This document shows positions 37,878-51,354 of a DNA stretch of 64,000 nucleotides, piece after piece. A program made the position numbers and the translations under genes. The DNA is from Eledone cirrhosa (lineage: Eukaryota). Position 1 is the stretch's first letter. Each line of letters opens with the position of its first letter. Location: NCBI GenBank assembly GCA_964016885.1, contig OZ024747.1:33542001-33606000 (forward strand), given 5' to 3'. The notes beneath the pieces were generated by a model that was not told the DNA's origin, made no database searches, and saw only the letters and a program-made list of their open reading frames with translations.

Positions 37878-39490
37878 TCATCATCGTCATCATTGTTTAA
37901 CGTCTATCTTCCACGCTAGCATGGGTTAGACGGGATTTGTCCCACTTGAGGCAAGATTGGTCGGGTGACCGTGTCTCGCTCGTATAGGACTATCTGGCAG
38001 GTTTTCTATGGCTGGATCCCCTTCCTAACACCAACCACATTTACAGTGTGGACTGGGAGGTTTTTACCGTGTTACCTACACGGGCACATTACAGCGTGGA
38101 CTGTGTGTTTTTTTGTCATGACACCGACACAATCTCATTAGCTTGGACTGGATGTTGTGGTACCAACATAACTTTATAGAGAAAGGGTGGTGTTTGTGGG
38201 AGTGGAAGGATGGAATAGGGGTAGTGGGTTGTATGTTTGGTTTGGAGGAGCCTACTGACTGTTGGTTAACTATGCACGTAGGGAAGATGGGTCTTCTGTA
38301 TTACTGCGTGGCACCAAAGATCTCGATCCAGTGACATTTTCTTAGAGAGATGCAGGTGTGCAAGGTCAGAATTTATCATGTCGTCCCAGGTTTTTATGGG
38401 TCTACCTACTCCATAACTTCCATCAATTTTGATCACCCTGCACTTTTTTATACAGCTATCATCTTTCATGTGCATCACATGACCATACCAACGTAATCTT
38501 CTCTCAAGTAAACAGCATCTGATCCCTCTTATTCCTAATTTCTCACTTAGTTCATTTATGCTTTGCTGTTCGTGTATATTACTATTACACATCCAACGGA
38601 GCATGCATGCTTCGTTCATTTCCAGTCTGCGCAAGTCCTTTGCACACAATGCCCATGTCTCACTGCCATGTAACATTGCTGTTCGTATACAAGCATCATA
38701 CAATTTGCCTTTCATTTTCAGAGAGAAACCTTTTTTGGCCAACAGTGGTATAAGCTCTCTGAACTTTTTCCATCCCATTCTAACTCTGGCTACTGTATTT
38801 TCAGAGCACCCTCCACAACTGCTGATTTTGTCACCCAGGTAATGGAAAGTACCCACCATTTCTATAGAACCATATGGGCAGTAGAAGGAGCTAGTATCCA
38901 GTGGGCACTTACTACCTATTGCACCTGAGTATCGGCCACATATAAAATCTATGTTCTTAGATAGCTTTCCTGTTATCCCACTACATCTTTTATGTACCCA
39001 TAGTTTGCATTTGGGACATAGAATGGAATTTCTACCTACTCATTTCCTACACACTAAGCATGGCCATTTTCCAGAGGGCACCTCTGCCCTATTTTCCTTT
39101 CTACATACTAGAACTTTAGTCTTAGACAAGTTAACTTTAAGGCCTTTTGATTCTAGGCCATGATTCTATGTTTAGAATTTCTTCTCTAGTTCAGCCATAT
39201 GATTCTATGTTTAGAATTTCTTCTCTAGTTCAGCCTATGAGAGGTTGATCATCTGCATATAGAAGTTCTTATGGGCAGCCGGTCTTAAACTCCTCTGTTA
39301 TAGCCTGAAGGGCAATAATAAAGGAGAGAGCCTTGATGAACACCAACTTTTCACTATATTCATTGTTAATTCTAACCTTGCTGACTGTTTCTTTATACAT
39401 GGCTTGTATAGCTTTCACAGGCCATTCAACTACACCTAGTTTTCTAAGAGCCCACCAGATAATGGAGCAGGGTACTCTGTCAAAGGCTAG
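37878..39490 (-). mobile_element. RTE-clade LINE, 5'-truncated, decayed
   Basis: ORF 38266-38859 reads FHYLGD..RVRMGWKKFREL..LHGSETW..ERRLRWYGHV..GRPIKTW. RT remnants lie upstream and the 3' tail is (GAT)n. Confidence 0.9.
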
Positions 39491-39559
39491 GTGGTAGCAG
39501 TCACATTTAACAGGTTAACATTGTAATATTTAAGTTGCTATATGACTTGGCAGTAATAA

Positions 39560-39765
39560 TGGGTTCTAATTTAGGCACAAGGCCAGCAATTTGGGAAGAC
39601 TGGGAAGTTGATTAAATTGATCCCAGCGCCTTACTGATACTTTATTTTATCAACACCCTAGGGATGAAAGGCAAAGCTAACCTTGGCATGATTTGAACTC
39701 AGAAGTTAAAGGGCTATAACTAAATACTGCCAAGCATTTTGTCAAATGCATTACTGCCAATCCAC
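39560..39765 (-). mobile_element. Nin-like SINE
   Basis: GGATGAAAGGCAAAGCTAACCTTGGCATGATTTGAACTCAG. Confidence 0.75.
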
Positions 39766-40397
39766 ATTCTCAACCGAACAGTTGAAATTGTATTTCCAGA
39801 GAGGTGGCTTAAGAGTGCTAGTATATCACTTTATCATTTATATATGTTCTTTCATGTGCACACTCACACACACACGAATGTGTGTGTGTGTGTGTGTGTA
39901 TGGAAGAACAGATATAAATGATAAAAAATATGCAAGCATCTCTTCAGCCGCCTTCCTGGAAATACAATTTCATCTGTTAGGGTGAGAATGCATTATTACT
40001 GCCAAGTCATACAGCAATTTAAAAAAGATTTAGGTGCCAGGAAATGCATATGACAGCACAAAAAGAATGTAACCAAACAGGAAACAGGGAATAAAGAGCA
40101 CAAGTGAATGCAAATGAGTATTTCTGCTAAAAGAACATACAAAAAAATGTCTATATGACTTTTGAAAAGACAAGGGAATGGGTAGAACAAGTAACACTGG
40201 AAAGGAAGGAAATATAGATGAAAAAAGAGGGAGAGAAAGAGAAGAGTAGAATTATCAAAAATTGATAGTTTTTGTGCAAGTGAATAATAGATAAATGAAA
40301 TAAAAAGTTAACACATATCAGTTACAAGTTTAATAAATATATACAAATGTGCAGATGGATAAATGGGTATAAACAACAGATGAATACATACATAATT

Positions 40398-40790
40398 CGA
40401 GGGTAATCCCAAAAGTAAGGTCGCCAAAACGATGAGGACGCAGAAAAACTGTTCGTACGGCTGTTGGCAACACTGTTGTGATTGGTGCTTCCTTCACTCC
40501 CAAACAAGCATGCGCGCGCTTCGCTGGCATGCTCAATCTTGGCTTGGCAGCCGTTGAGAATGGAGCTACCGTTGATCGCTACCGCCAAGTGCGAATTTTG
40601 CGCAGTTATTATATAGAGGGCAATCCCAAAAGTAAGGTCTCCTTCCGAGGAAAACATGTGTAAAGATCTGTGGATCACTCTGGATGCTCTCTGCATTTTG
40701 GTTCCTGAGGTTTCCCGAAGCACCATCCACAGGATTTTAACGGAAAAGTTACAATATCGGAAGGAAACCTTACTTTTGGGATTGCCCTCG
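40398..40790 (+). mobile_element. Mariner deletion derivative with an extra internal TIR
   Basis: TIR CGAGGGTAATCCCAAAAGTAAGGT and ACCTTACTTTTGGGATTGCCCTCG|TA. A second left TIR lies at about 40616. HTH remnant EVSRSTIHRILTEKLQYRK. Confidence 0.8.
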
Positions 40791-40795
40791 TATAT

Positions 40796-40828
<33 letters not shown>

Positions 40829-41214
40829 TACATCGTTTAATGACTATTTTCCCCACTAGGATGGGTTAGATGTGTTGTCCCATTTACAGAAATTCAGATC
40901 AGGTGACTGTGTCTTGCTCATTTTGAACTGTTTCTGGTTTGGCTTCTACAGATGGATGTCCTTCCTAATGCCAACCATAGTTATAGTGTGTGCTGGCTAC
41001 TTTTTGTCATTACACCTACATAATCACTTTATAGTGTGGGCTAGGTGCTATTTGTCACAACACCTGCACAAACACCTTACAGTGTGGTCTGGGCACTTTT
41101 TGTCATGGCACCAAAACAACCACTTCACAATGGGGACTGGAGCAGGGGTATAAAAGTGTGGGAAAAGGGTGATGTGATCAGGATGTGGTTTGGGGTGTGG
41201 GAGATGTATAGAAG

Positions 41215-41632
41215 AGGAAAGGAGGATAGAAGTTAAGTGATGCATAATAGATGTATGCTTCAATCATGTGTCATTGCCTTTGAAAGGTGCAATTGTGCAA
41301 GATCAGTTTTTATCACCTCATGCTAGGTCTTCATACTCCATAGCTTCCACCAACTTTGATCGCTCTGCATCTTTTTAAACAGCTGTCATCCTTCATACAC
41401 ATCACATGGTCATATCAATGCAATCTTCTCTCTTGCACACTATGCCCAATTTCTCTCTCAGTTCATTTACCCTATGCCACTAATGTATATTACTTTCACA
41501 GATCCATTGGACCATGCAGGCTTCATTTCTTTCCAATCTTCACAGATCATCTGCAACATTGCTGTTAGTATACATGCATCATACAATGTACCCTTCATTT
41601 TGAAAGGAAAAAAGACTTTTGTAGCTAGCAGT
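41215..41632 (-). mobile_element. RTE LINE 3' fragment
   Basis: Decayed homologue of 38300-38750. Confidence 0.7.
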
Positions 41633-41649
41633 GGTATATATATATATGT

Positions 41650-41845
41650 ATCTCAAATGGCTGACTAAATATACACGTATTCCTCAAAAACATTTTTTCC
41701 GTTCCTTCCTCTTCCCACTGTCTATCTTTCTTTTTGATCTTATTTCTCATTCTATCATCTGATGAAGGACAAGTGTCCAAAACGTTAAGACGCTTTTCCT
41801 TAAAATAATATATTTGCTTTGTTATTTCTGTTTACTGTTTGCATG
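41650..41845 (+). mobile_element. Short element with decayed hammerhead (relative at about 29410-29590)
   Basis: CTGATGA-AGGAC AAGT GTCC-AAAA-CGTTA at 41759-41787 (G12>A). The 3' end ATTTGCTTTGTTATTTCTGTTTACT is shared with about 29558-29582. Confidence 0.5.
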
Positions 41846-42254
41846 CATGTGTGTATGTGTCTGCATATCATCATCATCATCATTTTACGTCTGCTTTTCC
41901 CTGCTTGGAAGGGTGGGACGGGAATTGATTCTGGCTTGATTTCTACAGCTGGATGCCCTTCCTAACACCAACCACATTTAGTGAGTGCTGGGTGCTTTTT
42001 TTCCATTGCACCTACATGTCCACTTTACAGTGTGGGCTGGGTGCTTTTTTGCCGTGGCACCTCCACGACCACTTTGCAGTGGAATGATAGAGACCCCAGT
42101 CCTATCATCTCATTTCTACAGCCGAGTAAACTGGAGCAATGTGAAATAAAGTGTCTTGCTCAAGGAAACAACACATCGCCCGGTCTGAGAATTGAACTCA
42201 CAACCTTTCGTTTGCAAGGCCAATTCTCTAACCACTAAGCCATGTGCCTATATA

Positions 42255-43560
42255 CAGGGAGCGGACGATATTTGTTCGCAAGATTACTGTCTACGAAAAA
42301 ATAACACAGTAGTTTTATTTTTTAAGATATATTTATCAAGCTTGGGTCAGTTTGTCTTCATGACTTGTTCTTTCGCTCTCACTCGATAAACCGCCATTGG
42401 CTTTGATGAGGGCCTCAAGGCAGCCTCGGAACCGGCTACAGGCCTTCGTCACTGTCCCCCGATATAGGCCCCTAAAGGCACTTGTGATCCTGGCCTTCAG
42501 ATCGTCTTTCGTATTGCAGCTAGATCTGTTGCTGTCTCGTTCCACTGCACCCCACACGAAGAAGTCGAGAAGGTTGCAGTCAGGCGAGCTGGGAGGCCAG
42601 ATGTCAGGTGAAGTGTGGTCGACGAAGTTCTCTCACAGCCAGGCTTGGGTCTTTCGGCTGGTATGGCAGGGCGCTGAGTCTTGCTGCCACACGTACAGCC
42701 CACCTGCAGCTACCTGGTCGATCCAGGGCTTTACTACCTCGCTCAGAACGCGGATGTAGCCATCGGTGTTCAGCTTGAGGCCCTCAGGGAAGAAGTGAGG
42801 TGGCATGACGTCACCCTGACTGCTGACGACACCTAAGACCAATGTTGTCACTGGAAACTTTGTCTGCATGACTCTGGACACGTCTTTGGATGAGACAGCG
42901 AGCCACCTGTTGTTCTGGGAGTTGATCTTCTGGTCTTGGCAGAAGTTTTTCTCGTAGGAGAAAAACCACAGCATGTCTGGCTCCAGTGGATGTTTCAACT
43001 TGTTGATCAGCTTCTTTGCATGCTTCAGTCGCTTTTCTTGCATCGCCTTTGACAGAAATTGTCCTTTCCTCATCTTGTATGAAACGTAACGAATGTCTTC
43101 ATGTACCGCCAGCCTAATGAGCTTTTCATCCACGCCTTTCTCCCTTGCAATGGCATGCATCGACTTGCTAGGTTCATTGTTGATGATATCCTGAACTTCA
43201 GCGACAAACTCGGGCGTTCTGAAGACGTCAGATCGTCGATCATGTGTTTTCGTCTCTGATGTTGCTTCGTAGTCGAATCCTGAATCTTCAAATTCCTTTC
43301 CGACCTTTTCCACCATTCTCCTGCTGACGCTGAGAAAGTCTGAAATTTCCTTATTTGTCCTCCCGGCGTGGATTCCAAGAAGAACTCCGTGTCTCTTCCA
43401 CAAATTTGGATGTTCAAAATTATTCATAATCAATTATTCTGAAAATAAATAATGGAAATATAGTCACTGTTTTTATGAAGACAAGAGTGACAACGGAAGT
43501 AAAAAGAATTTGCATAAAATTAGCAGCTGAAAATTGCGAACAAATATCGTCCACACCCTG
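42255..43560 (-). mobile_element. Tc1/mariner superfamily DD37D (maT) transposon, full length
   Basis: 27-bp TIRs CAGGG(A/T)G(C/T)GGACGATATTTGTTCGCAA and TA target duplication. Confidence 0.93.
42380..43433 (-). pseudogene. DD37D transposase, inactivated
   Basis: FFSYEKNF (first Asp reads Tyr), WQQDSAPCH and SPDCNLLDFFVW, with 37 residues between Asp2 and Asp3. In-frame TGA at 42633. Confidence 0.9.
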
Positions 43561-43941
43561 TATATATATTAATCTAAAACTGAGACAATGAAAGAGTTGA
43601 AAAAAGAGAAACAAATGGAAGTTATTGTTGATATGTGTGCAATATAGGAAAGTGTTTATTTCTCTCCATGTCAGAATAAATAACTTTCGGTCTATGTGAG
43701 ACAATTGTCTAGTCTGATAAAAAATACCATTTTGGTATAATTGGTGTTCTGTAATGATATCACCAATTAGCTAAGTAATTGTCCAACTCTAAAATCTTCA
43801 GCAAAATTGGTTTATATTTTCTTTTCCCTACTATTTCTATTTATTGTTTCATTTCCACTTATTTTTGGATCATTTCTGATATAACAGTTTCTATTCCGGC
43901 TTTCTATTGTTGGAAATAAACAGGAACAGCACTATTTGAAT

Positions 43942-44234
<293 letters not shown>

Positions 44235-46434
44235 TGACAGAAATAAATAAATAGCTTTGTTTTTTTCTCTTTAATTCAGAGAGCAAATAATATTTTTTAG
44301 AACATACAAAATAAAAATAAATTAAATTTATAAAAAAAGAAAAGAAATTGGAATTAAAGAGCAAGAAATAAGAAAGTAAAAAGGAGTGTAAACAATTGGA
44401 GAGAAAGAGTAGGATTTGAATAGGAATGAAAGGAAAAAATAAGGAAAATGTAAATCTATCACAATCTTGCTTTTTGATGTGAATTTAGAATCATTGGGTG
44501 GTAAAAATATAGTCTCTCTTAATTATGTTGTCTGTTTAGCAGATAATCTTTCATTCCTATGTTTGCTGTTATTGTCTTCTTCATGGTCAAATTTAGAGAT
44601 AAAAGCTCTTAAACTTTCTACAAGTATGCATCAGGCACAGTGAAAATTTAGTGTAATTAACAGCTTCTGTTGGCTCTATTGAGCAATTTCTGTTTGTATC
44701 ATTAGAGAACTGAACTAAATTCAACTGTTAAATATTGAACTACAATATTATAGAATGAATGACTTAGACATTAATATTGATCTATAAGAGACAATTGTCT
44801 GGTCTTTTAAAAAACAAAACAAAACTTTTCAGTATAATTACTGTTCTGCGATAATGTAACCAATTATATATTTGAACACCTGGGTATTTTTCAAACCACA
44901 AGCTGACACAGCAAAACAGTACATAGTGTGAACATACTGCTGTGAAATTTATGAGATTAAAGCATAACATTCTCGGAAAACTTATTAAAATTCTTTATTT
45001 TCAATCTTCCCAAAAGTCTTCATGAAACTAAATGTTTTCTCCAATGTCTTGTACACAATTTTCAAGAATGGTAAAATTGATGCAGATCATATTTATCTTA
45101 AATTTCTGCAGGTGTGAATTCTGTAAGGAAAATGGTGGCTGGTGATGCATTCCTATAGGTTGACTGTCTAGAAATTCATAGTTGAGCAACAGTATTTTTG
45201 TGTTGTTGTTTAGTGCCAGGTTAGCCATGAGTGAGCTGACCTAGGGGTATGATATATGTCTTATGAAAAAATGTTCCAGCCAGGACCAACGTATATTTTT
45301 TTTTCCATCCACAATGATATATTACTGCATTCTCCAATATGCCCTTTATTTTTCAAGGTATTTAAATGTAATTATTTGAGAGATTTTACTACTTATAGCA
45401 TATTGAGAAATCATGGAGAGGTTCCCTTGGCTTATTTTAGTGAAAGAATTTAACTGTGTTTTCTGGAAGACAACAACATATATACCATAAGCATTACTTG
45501 GAGAGAAAAAGATTCTGCTAAGCTAACTCATTTTAACCATAGAACATGAAGATGAACATGCCAGTGAGAAAGCTATTATGTGTTTGCTCAACTTGTTAGA
45601 AACAGCAAACTAATCTCCCTGAAATCCTACAACACCATTTATAAAAAGGAGACATTGGATATTGTACTCCAAGTTACACTATGGAGAAAAAATAAACTAA
45701 AATATCAAGATTAAGATGAACTATTCAGTGGTATCAATGTAATTTTCTATGTTATGAGACTCCCTTGCTGAAAACAGGATTTTCAACAAGATGGAAGCCC
45801 TATTATCACCCCCTGCTTCCTTCTCATGTCCCCACTTTACATAAATGGAAAATAGATGGTTCAGTTCTCATAGGCATTTCTCATCATGTTTTTCTGTCTC
45901 CAGGGTTATTTTACTCTATTCAACTATTATTTATAGTTATCACCTTGTCCAAAATGTCAGTTGATCATTTTGGTACCATGATAAAAAGCAACTAATCTAT
46001 GTGGTAAATATGGTTGGCATTAGGAAGCGTATCCAGCAGTAGAAACCAAGACAGAAACAGTTCTGTATGAGCAAGACACAGTCATCTGAGCTGACTTGTC
46101 TCACAATGGGAGAACTTGTGAAACCAATACTAGTGTAGAAAACTGGATGTTAAACAGTGATGCTGCTGATGATTTGCATTATAGCAGCTTCTTCCTCCCA
46201 AAGCAAAAATATTTTCAACTTCAAAATTTCCAAATGCTTTGGAAATTAAATAAATGTTATTTACACTTTTAGCAGAATACCAAAAGCATTTAAAACAATG
46301 GTAATTATGAGCAACATGTGTTTTAGTGTAATGGTTAAATGCGGTAGTCTGGTTATGGCAAATGCATAGTTTGATTCCTGTGATGTCCCCAACTGATTCA
46401 CTATTATGTATAGTATACATATTATTATAGGATG

Positions 46435-46645
46435 ATGGATTGGCATCTCGGTAGAGTGTCGGACAGCAAGCTTTGCAGCAATAGTTATGACCCTTTATGC
46501 TGATTTCAAATCCTGCCAAGTTTAGCTTTGCCTTTCAGCCTTACAGGGTTGATAGAATAAAGTACCTGTAACACACTAGACCCAAATTAATCGAATTTCT
46601 CCTCCCACAAATTGTTAGTTGTGTGTCTAAATCAGAAACCACTAT
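46435..46645 (+). mobile_element. Nin-like SINE
   Basis: TTGGCATCTCGGTAGAG..TTCAAATCCTGCC..GCCTTTCAGCCTTACAGGGTTGATAG. Confidence 0.75.
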
Positions 46646-47615
46646 TTATAGTTATCAGCATTTTCATGGCTTCCCCCAAAAGCAAACATCTACTTTATGC
46701 TTAGCTTCACCACCATTTTGATTAGATATAAACTTCTTACAGCTATGTTTAATATACTTCTCATGTTTTTACAACCATCCTAATACTGTGGCTATTTCCT
46801 GAAGCAATAGTACATAAGTAAAATTTGGTATTTTCCTTCTTCCTTTTACATTTTTACTTTTATTTAGTTATTGAGTACTAAATGAGACGGGGTGTTTTCC
46901 CCATACCTCTGCAATTCTTTCTTCCTATACTGGTGGCGCAGATAATAATTTTGTTGTTAGATAGCAATTAGAAAAATGTATTACTAGCTGGTAGCTATTT
47001 TATACAAGTTGTGTTTGTGAAGTCAACAGATCTTGGCAGCTGCTTCCAATGTATTCGTTGTTTTCACTTGACATCAGACAGTGGCCAACATCAAGTAAAT
47101 ATTTGCTGAACATATTGTCAATAAATTTTATCATTTTGGATATTACTAACAAGATTTATATACAATTTTGGCAGAGAAAATGAAATTAGATCATTGCTAT
47201 CATCATCATTACCACCACTATTATTATAATAACCTTCTTCCTCATCAACAATAACAACATCAGAATCGATAACATTCCTAACAACAGAAATTCTGTCATC
47301 ACTACGGTAACCATTCTGAAAAAGATTTATTTCCTATTTTATGTCTACAACATCATTCATTTCTTCCTTAAATATCAATTTGTATTGAGGTGGGTTTCAA
47401 TGGTGTTCACGAAAAGAGATCTTAAACTTATTCTCAATTTTTACCATTTCTTTTCATTAGTTCCAGTCACATTTGTCATGTTCTTCTATAACATAGTAAT
47501 GTTACTAAACAATGTTCAAAACCGTCTCAAAATTGCTTGTTATACACAAAAGATAGAAGAAGATATATAGTCTTTTTGTATACTACCCCTATACCATAAC
47601 AACACCATTCCCATC

Positions 47616-47815
47616 TATGAAGGTTGGCTGAAAAATTCATTTGCTTACTATGAAGGATTGATGCTAGAGCTGTGAAATCTTGCATATATTAATTTCAACT
47701 CCTTATCAATAAATGCATTCTTTCTTTCCACGAACTAAATTTGAAAAAAACCCTCATTTGGCCATTCAATGATAGTATCTTGGTCAGCCTATGAACTTTT
47801 CAGCCGACCCTCATA
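47616..47815. mobile_element. Mariner-type MITE of about 200 bp
   Basis: TATGAAGGTTGGCTGAAAAATTCAT..GTCAGCCTATGAACTTTTCAGCCGACCCTCATA. A second copy lies at 48376-48588 and a partial copy at about 10068-10170. Confidence 0.8.
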
Positions 47816-48944
47816 TTGCTTAGCAGTAATTTGTTATGGATTTTGCATTCTGAGTTAAAAAAACCCTGACCCTACCACTGACCCTCATAGTAAGGATATT
47901 CAAAACTGTCTCAATCTGTTTCTTTATACACAAGATATATAGTCTTTTTATATAATACCTCCATACCATACAACACCATATCCATCTATTCATATATATG
48001 TAGATATATATCAGATTCAAGACACCCGCTGGGGCTCCTTCCTCAGATGGGCAGCTGATATTCCAATCATGCAGAGGAGCTTGGCAGTATGGAGTCTGAG
48101 GATGCCTGAGGTCTTGGCGGTGACCAGTGCATTGTGGACCACAGTACTGGGATTTGTGGCCGAAGAAACTAAGTTGGAGGCTGAGAACGTGTGCCATCCC
48201 AGTTGAATTGGAAGAGAGTAATTCCGTTGGGTTGCTGCTGTCTCTGCAGTCAAGGCCTGCTGGCTCTAAGTTAATTCTTTATTTTTTCTCTATGTTGTCA
48301 AACAGGACATCAGACCATTGAACCAACACAGATCAAGTATTACCATATATACTCAAATATAAGTCCATCCAGATATATGAGGATAGGCTGACAAGTTCAT
48401 AAGCTGACTATGAAGGATTGTTGCTAGAGCTATGAAATCTTGCATGCATTAATTTCAAATCTTTTTAATAACTGCATTGTTTCCTTCCAGGAACTATGTT
48501 GAAAAATAAACCTCAATTGGTAATTCCATGAGAGCATCTTAGTCAGCCTATGAGCTTTTCAGAATATAATTTTTCAGATGACTCTCATAAGCTAACCCCT
48601 CCTAATTTATGTCAGCGATTTGGCCAAAGATCTAAATGCCATTTATAAACCAAGGCAGTTAATTAACAGATTGTTTAGATGGCATATATAAGTGGCTCCC
48701 CACTTCTGCCATCGATATTTTTGGTCACATATTTCTTGGCTTATATTCAAGTCTATACAGTATATAGCTATATACATATATATAATAATAACAAGGACAA
48801 TTTGTTAAGCCTTCATTATGTTTATTGATTGGTGACGCGCGTTTCACTATTGATCAGCGCAAGGTTCAATCTGTATCAATCTGGCCTGACTCTGGAATCA
48901 AAAGCTCATCAGACCTCTGCTGTTGTAATGACATGTATATCATC

Positions 48945-50450
48945 ATCATCATCATCATTTTATGTCCACTTTTCGCTGTTTGCAAGGGTTGGATGGGTCC
49001 TATTCAGCACAGCATCTCTCCACTTGCTTGTCATGGTTCTTCGTCATCTCCACCGTGAGTTTCAGCGATCTGAGGTCTGCTCTCATCACCTCCGCCCATG
49101 TTTTTCGTGGTCTTCCTTTATTGCATCTTCCTGCTACTGGGAATTCTTGGCACTTCTTAACCCACCGGTCATCCTCCATGTGCGTCACATGTCCATACCA
49201 TCTCAGTCTTCTCTCCTGCACACCACAACGTATCCCTCTTATACCCAGTTTCTTTCTCAACTCGTCCATGCTTGGTCGTTCTCGCACATTGACATTGCAC
49301 ATCCTAAGGAACATGCTTGCTTCATTTCTCTCCCGCTGTCACATATCATCTGCAGTTGCTGCCCATGTCTCACTACAGCATCGCACATCTCACACAGGCA
49401 TCATATAACCATCCTTTTGAATGCAGGGAGAAACCCGTCTTTGTCAACAGAGAAAGCAGCTCCTTAAATTTCTTCCAACCCGTCCTTATTCTAGATACTA
49501 TGGCCTCAGAACACCCCTCTCCCATGCTAATCTGATCACCTAGGAACTGGAAGCTATCAACCACTTCTATAGAACCCACCTGCATTGGAAAAATGTGACT
49601 ATCACTGCGATTACTACTGCCAACTTTCCCTGTACATCTACTGTATACGTAGTTTTCCTGCTATCCCACTACATCTCTTGTGTAGCCAAGATCTGCATTG
49701 CATACATTTTATAGAATTTATGCCAGTTTCTTTTCTACATATCGAACATGGCTATTTCCCTGATGGAATCAGAGTATTGTCCTCTCTTCTACTTATCAAC
49801 ACTTTTGTCTTAGCTAGGTTACTCTCAGGATTCTTGATTCCAACTGCTGTTTCCATAGCCAGAATTTATTCTCTAGCTCCTCTACTGATTCTGCTATTAG
49901 AACCAGATCATCAGCATAGAGAAGTTCCCATGAGCATCCAATCTTAAATTCCTCTGTTATGGCTTAGAGGACTATAATGAACAAGAGCGGGCTGAGGACC
50001 GAACTCTGATGCACAACTACTTGTATCTGGAATTCCTCACTAAACTCCATTCCTACTCTCACTTTACTGACAGCACCTCTGTACATAGGTTGCACTCTCC
50101 TCACAAGCCATTCCTCTACACCTAGTTTCCTTAGGGACCACAAGATGACAGATTGGGGTACCCTATCAAAGGCCTTCTCTATTCAACAAAAGCTAAGTAT
50201 AGTGGCTTATTTTTCTCTAAGAACCTCTCTTGTAGTTGTCTCACTAAGAAGAGGGCATCTGTTGTACTTTTCCGAGGCACAAAACCAAAGTGCATCTCCT
50301 CTAATTTGACCCTTTCTCTAATCAGTTGCGCTAATATTCTCTCTGCCACTTTCATGACCTGATCCATCAGCTTTATGCCCCTATAATTGCTCCTCTCCAG
50401 AGCATCCCCTTTACCTTTTTAGCAATTTGTGAGAATACTGCTGCACCAGA
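48945..50450 (-). mobile_element. RTE-clade LINE, 5'-truncated, decayed
   Basis: FGFVPRKSTTDALFLVRQLQERFLEKNKPLYLAFV, FQFLGDQ..RIRTGWKKFKELL and QERRLRWYGHV..GRPRKTW, with a (GAT)n tail. Confidence 0.92.
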
Positions 50451-51354
50451 TACATAATAATCATCTTACTGTCTTTAAAAACAGAAAGAAATAAGATAAA
50501 GTGGACCGAGGTTGCACTATGTCGTAAAAAAGAGCTAGACAAAATACAACTGTTCAATCAGGATTGACCTCTCACACATCAACAACATTTCTGGGAAACA
50601 CGCACTAACACACAAACACAAGCACTGATACTCACACAAACACACACTGACACACAAACACACGCACTGATACTCACCCAAACACACACACACAGCCACA
50701 TATGTAATCAGAAAAGATGAAAATAGTTAACAGAAAATATTTGATATCTTCTATTTGTTTTCTTATTTTCATGATGATGGTGGTTATGATGATGGTGGTG
50801 TTGGACGTTATTGATGATGGTTATGATGGTAGTGATGGTGGACGTTATTGATGATGGTTATGATGGTAGTGGTGGTTATCATGATGATGATGATGATAAT
50901 GATTTTGAAGAAATAATTTGAAAATCATTTCTGAATTTAGGTTTAATTATCGAAACTTGTTTAATTTGCTTTGTTCATTTGTTGCTCGTTTGAACATTAA
51001 CGAATTTATTAGATTTTTGTAATTATTATCATCATCAACAGTAGCATTGTATTCATTAGTCATCGCCATACCACGACCACCACCACTAACAACAACAAAT
51101 ATCATCATCATCATCAGTAACTGTCATCGTGAATATCACCATTATTAACACTATCACTGATATCATCCTAATCATAAAATCACTTCGTTATCCTCATAAT
51201 TTTCATCATCAGCAGCACCCATATCATCATCAACAACCTTCACATGAGCCAACAAGGCGCCTGTGTGTTGGAAAAGCAGACAAATGTTTTCAAATTATTG
51301 ACATCATGAACAAACAGTCTCTGATATATATCAACAACACCAACTACCTTTACA

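Noticed and set aside
42633-42635. In-frame TGA in the transposase as programmed readthrough
   Set aside because: It is most simply a point mutation, since the first catalytic Asp is also mutated.
48015-48055. Minus-strand CTGAGGA-stem-GAAT hammerhead-like motif in a GC-rich patch
   Set aside because: GAAA is broken and no stem I or III partner was found. At best it is a truncated remnant.
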